A stretch of 58,303 bases of DNA, the filler included, from Stramenopiles sp. TOSAG23-3 (taxonomy: Eukaryota): the NCBI GenBank assembly GCA_900128585.1. It is 6 parts of 6 records of this genome, joined end to end, with 100 filler letters (N's around TTAATTAATTAA, not from the genome) between each part and the next. Parts side by side here need not be neighbours in the genome. Positions count along the whole stretch, not along the records: positions 52,450 to 54,334 come from LT645284.1; positions 54,435 to 56,319 come from LT645285.1; positions 56,420 to 58,303 come from LT645286.1; 3 more parts are not named here. One strand, written 5' to 3'. The translations under genes were made by a program, and so were the position numbers. The notes below the pieces were generated by a model. The model made no database searches and was not told the origin of the DNA. It saw only the letters and a program-made list of their open reading frames with translations. Positions 53,664 through 58,303 of this stretch are shown here, one piece after another. Each line of letters opens with the position of its first letter. Position 1 is the first letter of the stretch.

Positions 53664-54334
53664 ATGGTCAACCTTCGGGACTCCGGGTTTGCTTTCGTCT
53701 GGTGGGCTTTCGCTTGCGTGTTTCTACATGCGGGGGATGTGGCACTTGGGTTAAATGTTGATGGTTCTATTACGTCTGACTCTTCGTTCGAATTTTTAAC
53801 CAAATTTTGTTTTGAACCTGGAGACCAAGGAGACACCCACGGTTTCCAGTACACAATGACATTTCCCAACAACTCAAAACTTGCTGTTGTCGTCTATTTT
53901 GGCGATGAAGGGGATGTGGTGACAAAGGACTGGGAACGCCCCTGGTCGTGCCAGGAACGGTTGCAAAAGAGTCAAAACGTATTTTATTTGAATCCAACCG
54001 CGGAGGAACGGAGCGCTAATGCCCCCAAAAAGTTCCCAACTCCCAAAAATCAATTAGATGTTGTCCGACAGTTACCCCTGGTCACGGCAAAAGGTTATAT
54101 ATATTTTACAAGCGACCGTCGCCGGTGGTACTACTTCACTTTGATTAATTGCTTGCCGTATGAGAAATGCAACCCCCATTCTGAATTTTGCGAAGGAAAC
54201 ATCCGTGTTGACTACAGTGTGGTAATGACTAATGCAAAGCAAGGCATCGGGATGCACTTTTCCGCCGATCAATTCGGATCATTTGCGACATTTGTTGTAT
54301 TTTTCACTCTGTATTCATTCTTGGTTGTTTGGTT
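53664..54334 (+). CDS. GPR180/TMEM145-like membrane protein (3' truncated)
   Basis: Signal peptide, FEFLTKFCF, RRWYYFTLINC, Y.VVMTN, HFSADQFG followed by the first TM. Confidence 0.8.
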
Positions 54335-54434
54335 NNNNNNNNNNNNNNNNNNNNNNNNNNNNNNNNNNNNNNNNNNNNTTAATTAATTAANNNNNNNNNN
54401 NNNNNNNNNNNNNNNNNNNNNNNNNNNNNNNNNN
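54335..54434. other. Artificial contig-joining spacer
   Basis: N-TTAATTAATTAA-N, 100 nt. Confidence 0.97.
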
Positions 54435-54435
54435 C

Positions 54436-54900
54436 CCTACTAACCCTAAGCGACTTTTCGAAATTTTTTTGAAAACTAAGTTGCAAGACCCATTGTGTGA
54501 CGCTATAAAACGCGCGGAAGGGTTAGGTGTGACGATATATAATAGGGAAATCTCTGAAGTCATCCTAACCCGTACCAGATACAGAGCCTTAAAATCGGCG
54601 GATGAGATAATTAAGGACCAGTCGAAAGCCTTGAAGCGTTCCTTGAGGTATCTGGTTTCGGTGGTCCGGTATATTTATGCTGGTATTCAAATGCTAAATT
54701 TTCTAAACAGCCTCGAAATCGGGAACGACTCTTGGCCGGACGAGAACGATATAGCGGAACATGAAGCGAAACTTGAAGCGGCGATAGCCGAATACGGTGA
54801 GGCTAAGGAGTACCTCCGCCGCTTTGAACAAATCATTGGTATACCCTTGTTGCAATGGCTGATCAAGATTGTAATAGTAAATTACAAGAACCTGCGATGA
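54436..54900 (+). CDS. Hypothetical helical protein, 3' part (5' truncated)
   Basis: Frame open from the contig edge; no ATG start; no recognised motif. Confidence 0.45.
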   Translation, partial: PTNPKRLFEIFLKTKLQDPLCDAIKRAEGLGVTIYNREISEVILTRTRYRALKSADEIIKDQSKALKRSLRYLVSVVRYIYAGIQMLNFLNSLEIGNDSWPDENDIAEHEAKLEAAIAEYGEAKEYLRRFEQIIGIPLLQWLIKIVIVNYKNLR

Positions 54901-55412
54901 TTGATTGATTCCCCTTAAAACATATAAAACATACAGGGAGGTTTCCTAGAAACAAAACTCAAGTTTACGGTTTGGTTTGCCCTTCATAATTAATATCATA
55001 GTATAACGCGATTGTACATAAAAGATTCAACAAATTAAATAATATTTCCTTAAATGCATACAAAATGAACGAACGAACACGACGGTAGGAATTGTTCACC
55101 TATCTAAATAAATATCTAAAATGAAAATAAAGAACTGACTCCAATGTAATAATTACACACCAAATGGTCCCAAATGGTAGCTAGACAGGACAGGGGAAAT
55201 TGTTCCTGAAGATTAATATTATTAATACTAAAAAAATATTGATGATGATGATGATGATGATTAATAATGATATGATGATGAAAAGAAGAAGAAAAAAAGG
55301 AAGGAGACGAAGAAGAAAGAAAAGAAGAACGAAAGTAGAGAAGAAGAAGAAAAAAGAATTATTATAGTCTATATAAAATTGGGTTGTTTTGAAACAAATT
55401 GTTACTAACCAG

Positions 55413-56319
55413 TTCGACAATCTCCCCCTAAGTGCCTCCTCCATTCGTCGTCAACCCACTATGGAATTGGAGATACGAACAAAGTAGCGGCTGCCGCGAC
55501 CGTCGCTGCCGGTGCCTTTGCTGCCTACCAGCTTTGGACACTGGCGAGCCGTTGGAGGCGCGCCCGTCGGTTGGCAAATCACGAAAAAGTAGCCCTTCTA
55601 CCGAGTGAGGTGGCACCAATTCTTTGCAAATCGCCCGCCACCAGTACGATCACGTACTTCGAGAGCGGAGACCTCGCCGCTGCCCAGTCCTTCCTGTCCA
55701 TGCGGACGGACGAGATCGTTGCCGCAAACCCGTGGCTCGCGGGCGTCCTTGACTACGACGAAAACGGGGCCATGGCCTTGTTTGTCCCCACAGCAACCCA
55801 AGGGAAACACTTCGAGGTGCTGAAAGTTCCCCTGTGTGAAAATTACGAAGCGTTGGTGAAGAGCGTCGGGTCTGCCTTGTGCGGGACGAGCGAAGAGTCC
55901 GTAGGGACCGGCGCGCCGCTATGGAAAGTGGCCCTCTTCCCTGACGGAACAGAGGGTAACTTTGCCCTTGTCGTCAGCGCCAACCATTCCTTTCTTGACG
56001 GCCATGGGTATTACAAGATCTACAACATGCTTTCGGGCTCTGCCCCGGTCCAGGCGCTCTCACCCCTAAGGAAACACGACATGTCGCAGAAAATTATCGA
56101 TGCAATGGGAGGGGAACAAAGTTTGATGGCCGCGTCCCCCCCAGGCTTCCTGTTTCGATTCATCGGTGGCGTAATCTGGAACGCGTTTTTCCCCGCGACA
56201 AAGTCCATGGGCTTTAACATTTCCGGGGACTGGATCAACGAGCAAAAGGCGAATCACGACGAGAGCGTCCCCTTTGTCTCGACGAACGACGTGGTCGTGT
56301 CAAAGTTTTGCAATTCGTT
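55413..56319 (+). CDS. HXXXD-type CoA-dependent acyltransferase (BAHD/transferase-like), start unresolved, 3' truncated
   Basis: N-terminal TM VAAAATVAAGAFAAY, NPWLAG.L, HSFLDG catalytic motif, FVSTND. Confidence 0.7.
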
Positions 56320-56419
56320 NNNNNNNNNNNNNNNNNNNNNNNNNNNNNNNNNNNNNNNNNNNNTTAATTAATTAANNNNNNNNNNNNNNNNNNNNNNNNN
56401 NNNNNNNNNNNNNNNNNNN
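56320..56419. other. Artificial contig-joining spacer
   Basis: N-TTAATTAATTAA-N, 100 nt. Confidence 0.97.
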
Positions 56420-56430
56420 AGAATGTCTAA

Positions 56431-56496
56431 ATCTAGATTTCAGTTCGCAGTACATTAATTTTAATTACTTAAATAACAGCCAATTTTCTTGTTTTT
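56431..56496 (-). repeat. Most complete copy of the 3'-associated element (A box, linker, B box)
   Basis: Minus strand AAAAACAAGAAAATTGGCTGTTATTTAAGTAATTAAAATTAATGTACTGCGAACTGAAATCTAGAT, about 120 nt after the stop at 56617. Confidence 0.92.
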
Positions 56497-56616
56497 TAAG
56501 TTCTTATACGACTCTACTGAAAATTCCAATTCATCCTTCCTCGCAATGTAATTTGTTTTTGTCCACTAAAGTAACTTCCTTCTTGTACGGCGGTTTGGTC
56601 TCTCACGCGGCGCGGA

Positions 56617-58302
56617 TCAGTTTGTGTCAAAGAAGCTTTCGAATTCACGCCAGTTCTCGGTCATTTGAAGCATCTCCCAAGACGCATCGTTGCCAAAATA
56701 TTTTGTACAGAACTGCAGCCCACGTTCTCTGAACTTGCATTCAATTTCAGCCCCCTTTCCGACCAACGTGGCCCCGTACGAGCTTAACTTGACGGCCAAG
56801 TTCTTCAGTTTAGAAATGTCTGCATTGTATTTCCCACTGTATCGAATCTGCTCAACATTTGAACGCAACTCTTCAATTTTCATTCCGTACTTGCCAGATT
56901 CAGAGAGTCCTTGCTTCCATTTCATGCTGGAAATCCTTCTGGTATCGTTGAAGACATGGAAGCGCGCCGATAACCGTTTATACAAGGGGTTTAAAACACG
57001 GTAGGTGTGACAAGTGGCGCTCAAGCGCTTCAGCAGCTTGTAGACGATATCCAAGACCTTGTTTGCGTCCGTCACTGGGTACAAACACGAGAGATAATCG
57101 ACGGCATTCGGGATTAAAAACCCAGACCCAAACAGGAACGCCATACGGACATTCACTAGTTCGTGCCTGGCTTTCGTTTCCTTCTGTGTACCTACAACGG
57201 CGAGCAATGCTCGGGTTCTTTCTTTGACTACCATTGCTTCCACGACAGCAAGGTAAATTTCTATGACTTGGCACAGAGCGAAAGCACTATAATACGACTT
57301 GATTGTCTCGATTTGGCCCAGCACAGCGTCGATATCTCGCAATGAAATGTTTTTTATCAGTTCTGGACTTCTGAATTGCTGAATCAGAGACAACGCTCGC
57401 ACAGACACCAACTTGCTTCCAGCCAAAAGCTTCAGTGCTTTCGACGAAAACGCGTTCACAAATGAGACGCAGATCTTTACCGTAGCCTCAAACTCTTCGT
57501 CGCGATCTACTTGCAGGAGCAAGCATTGGCTGCGACCGACTTCGTTCCACAACTGTGCAAACGACTTTGTCGTCGTGACTATGTCCAGCGCAGAGTCGTA
57601 ACAGTCCAGCGATTGGTGAAGGTGGCCAGTAAAAAAGTAAGCGTCGCCCTCTGCCTTTTTTGCAGCCATGAATCCAGTTACATCCCCCAACTCGCTGTAC
57701 AGATCCGCGGCCTTCTTGGCTTGAACAGACGCGTCCTTCAAATTTCCCATCAACAAAATAAAGCGCGCATACAAATCGTTCACCTTTGCTATCGTCGAGG
57801 GATCGCCCACTTTATTCACGACCCCCTGCGCCGCCTGAAAATATTTCTCGGCCCATTTACTTTTGAAGTATATCCAAAGGTACATGCCGGCCAATGCAAA
57901 CGCTTGTGCAAGAAGTGGCGATGGCCCTTTGGGAACGAGGCCCAAATTAATTGCTTTGGTTAACAGCGGAACGCCCGTTTCGAACGACTTAATGTCGAAA
58001 TTATGAACGGCTAATGCCAACAGAGCCTTCCCCGACTCGAATATTAAATGGAAGTCTTTGTTCTTATGAGGAAGCAGGGTTTTCTGTTCGCCATGGACCC
58101 ACGTGTCCAAAAGTTTTTTCAGAAGAGACTCCCCGGCACTTGCTGACATCGGTTCAAGAGTGGACTGATTAACACCGCACAAAGACAGCGCGCTGTGCAA
58201 TAGCGGAAATGCCTGGTCGAGGCGGCCAATGTGCAAATATACTGTTCCTAAGTCTCGTTTTAGTAAAACGATACTTCTCCTTCTTTCCTCTGACTCATCC
58301 GC
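56617..58302 (-). CDS. TPR-like helical repeat region, C-terminus of a large protein (resembles the tails of soluble adenylyl cyclase/STAND proteins)
   Basis: Frame open to the window end; TPR-like units (LG.VY...GR.DQA, A.DLY.ELGD......K..G..YF..G...Q...CY..AL). Confidence 0.65.
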   Translation of the reverse strand, partial: ADESEERRRSIVLLKRDLGTVYLHIGRLDQAFPLLHSALSLCGVNQSTLEPMSASAGESLLKKLLDTWVHGEQKTLLPHKNKDFHLIFESGKALLALAVHNFDIKSFETGVPLLTKAINLGLVPKGPSPLLAQAFALAGMYLWIYFKSKWAEKYFQAAQGVVNKVGDPSTIAKVNDLYARFILLMGNLKDASVQAKKAADLYSELGDVTGFMAAKKAEGDAYFFTGHLHQSLDCYDSALDIVTTTKSFAQLWNEVGRSQCLLLQVDRDEEFEATVKICVSFVNAFSSKALKLLAGSKLVSVRALSLIQQFRSPELIKNISLRDIDAVLGQIETIKSYYSAFALCQVIEIYLAVVEAMVVKERTRALLAVVGTQKETKARHELVNVRMAFLFGSGFLIPNAVDYLSCLYPVTDANKVLDIVYKLLKRLSATCHTYRVLNPLYKRLSARFHVFNDTRRISSMKWKQGLSESGKYGMKIEELRSNVEQIRYSGKYNADISKLKNLAVKLSSYGATLVGKGAEIECKFRERGLQFCTKYFGNDASWEMLQMTENWREFESFFDTN

Positions 58303-58303
58303 G

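Noticed and set aside
54435-54450. Telomere-like CCCTACTAACCCTAAG at a contig start
   Set aside because: Fewer than two repeats and it reads in frame with the downstream ORF; not a telomeric array

Overview
Eukaryotic genomic DNA made of six contigs joined by artificial 100-nt N-TTAATTAATTAA-N spacers (17411, 34898, 52350, 54335, 56320), so adjacency across the spacers has no meaning. The source appears to be a flagellated microbial eukaryote (axonemal DNAI1, CFAP73/CCDC42); stramenopile affinity is an inference only. About 27 apparently intronless, moderately GC-rich genes are separated by AT-rich spacers with microsatellites. Recognisable genes include SRPRB, DMAP1/SWC4, a Myb-ankyrin-HDAC fusion, an LCIB/theta-CA-like protein, an Ac45/Voa1-like protein, a SEL1-repeat protein, DNAI1, TOP3A, PRP8, MFSD5, TIM21 with a thioredoxin-like tail, a gamma-CA-like protein, a GPR180/TMEM145-like protein and an HXXXD acyltransferase. 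The strongest unexplained signal is a non-coding element of about 66 nt (AAAAACAAGAAAATTGGCTGTTATTTAAGTAATTAAAATTAATGTACTGCGAACTGAAATCTAGAT). It occurs in about 13 full, partial or degenerate copies on four contigs, nearly always just downstream of a stop codon on the sense strand of that gene. Other leads are GTAC-rich perfect palindromes, degenerate enzyme-domain fusions, and a structured, ORF-poor region at 50.2-51.0 kb containing a possible CxxU read-through ORF.
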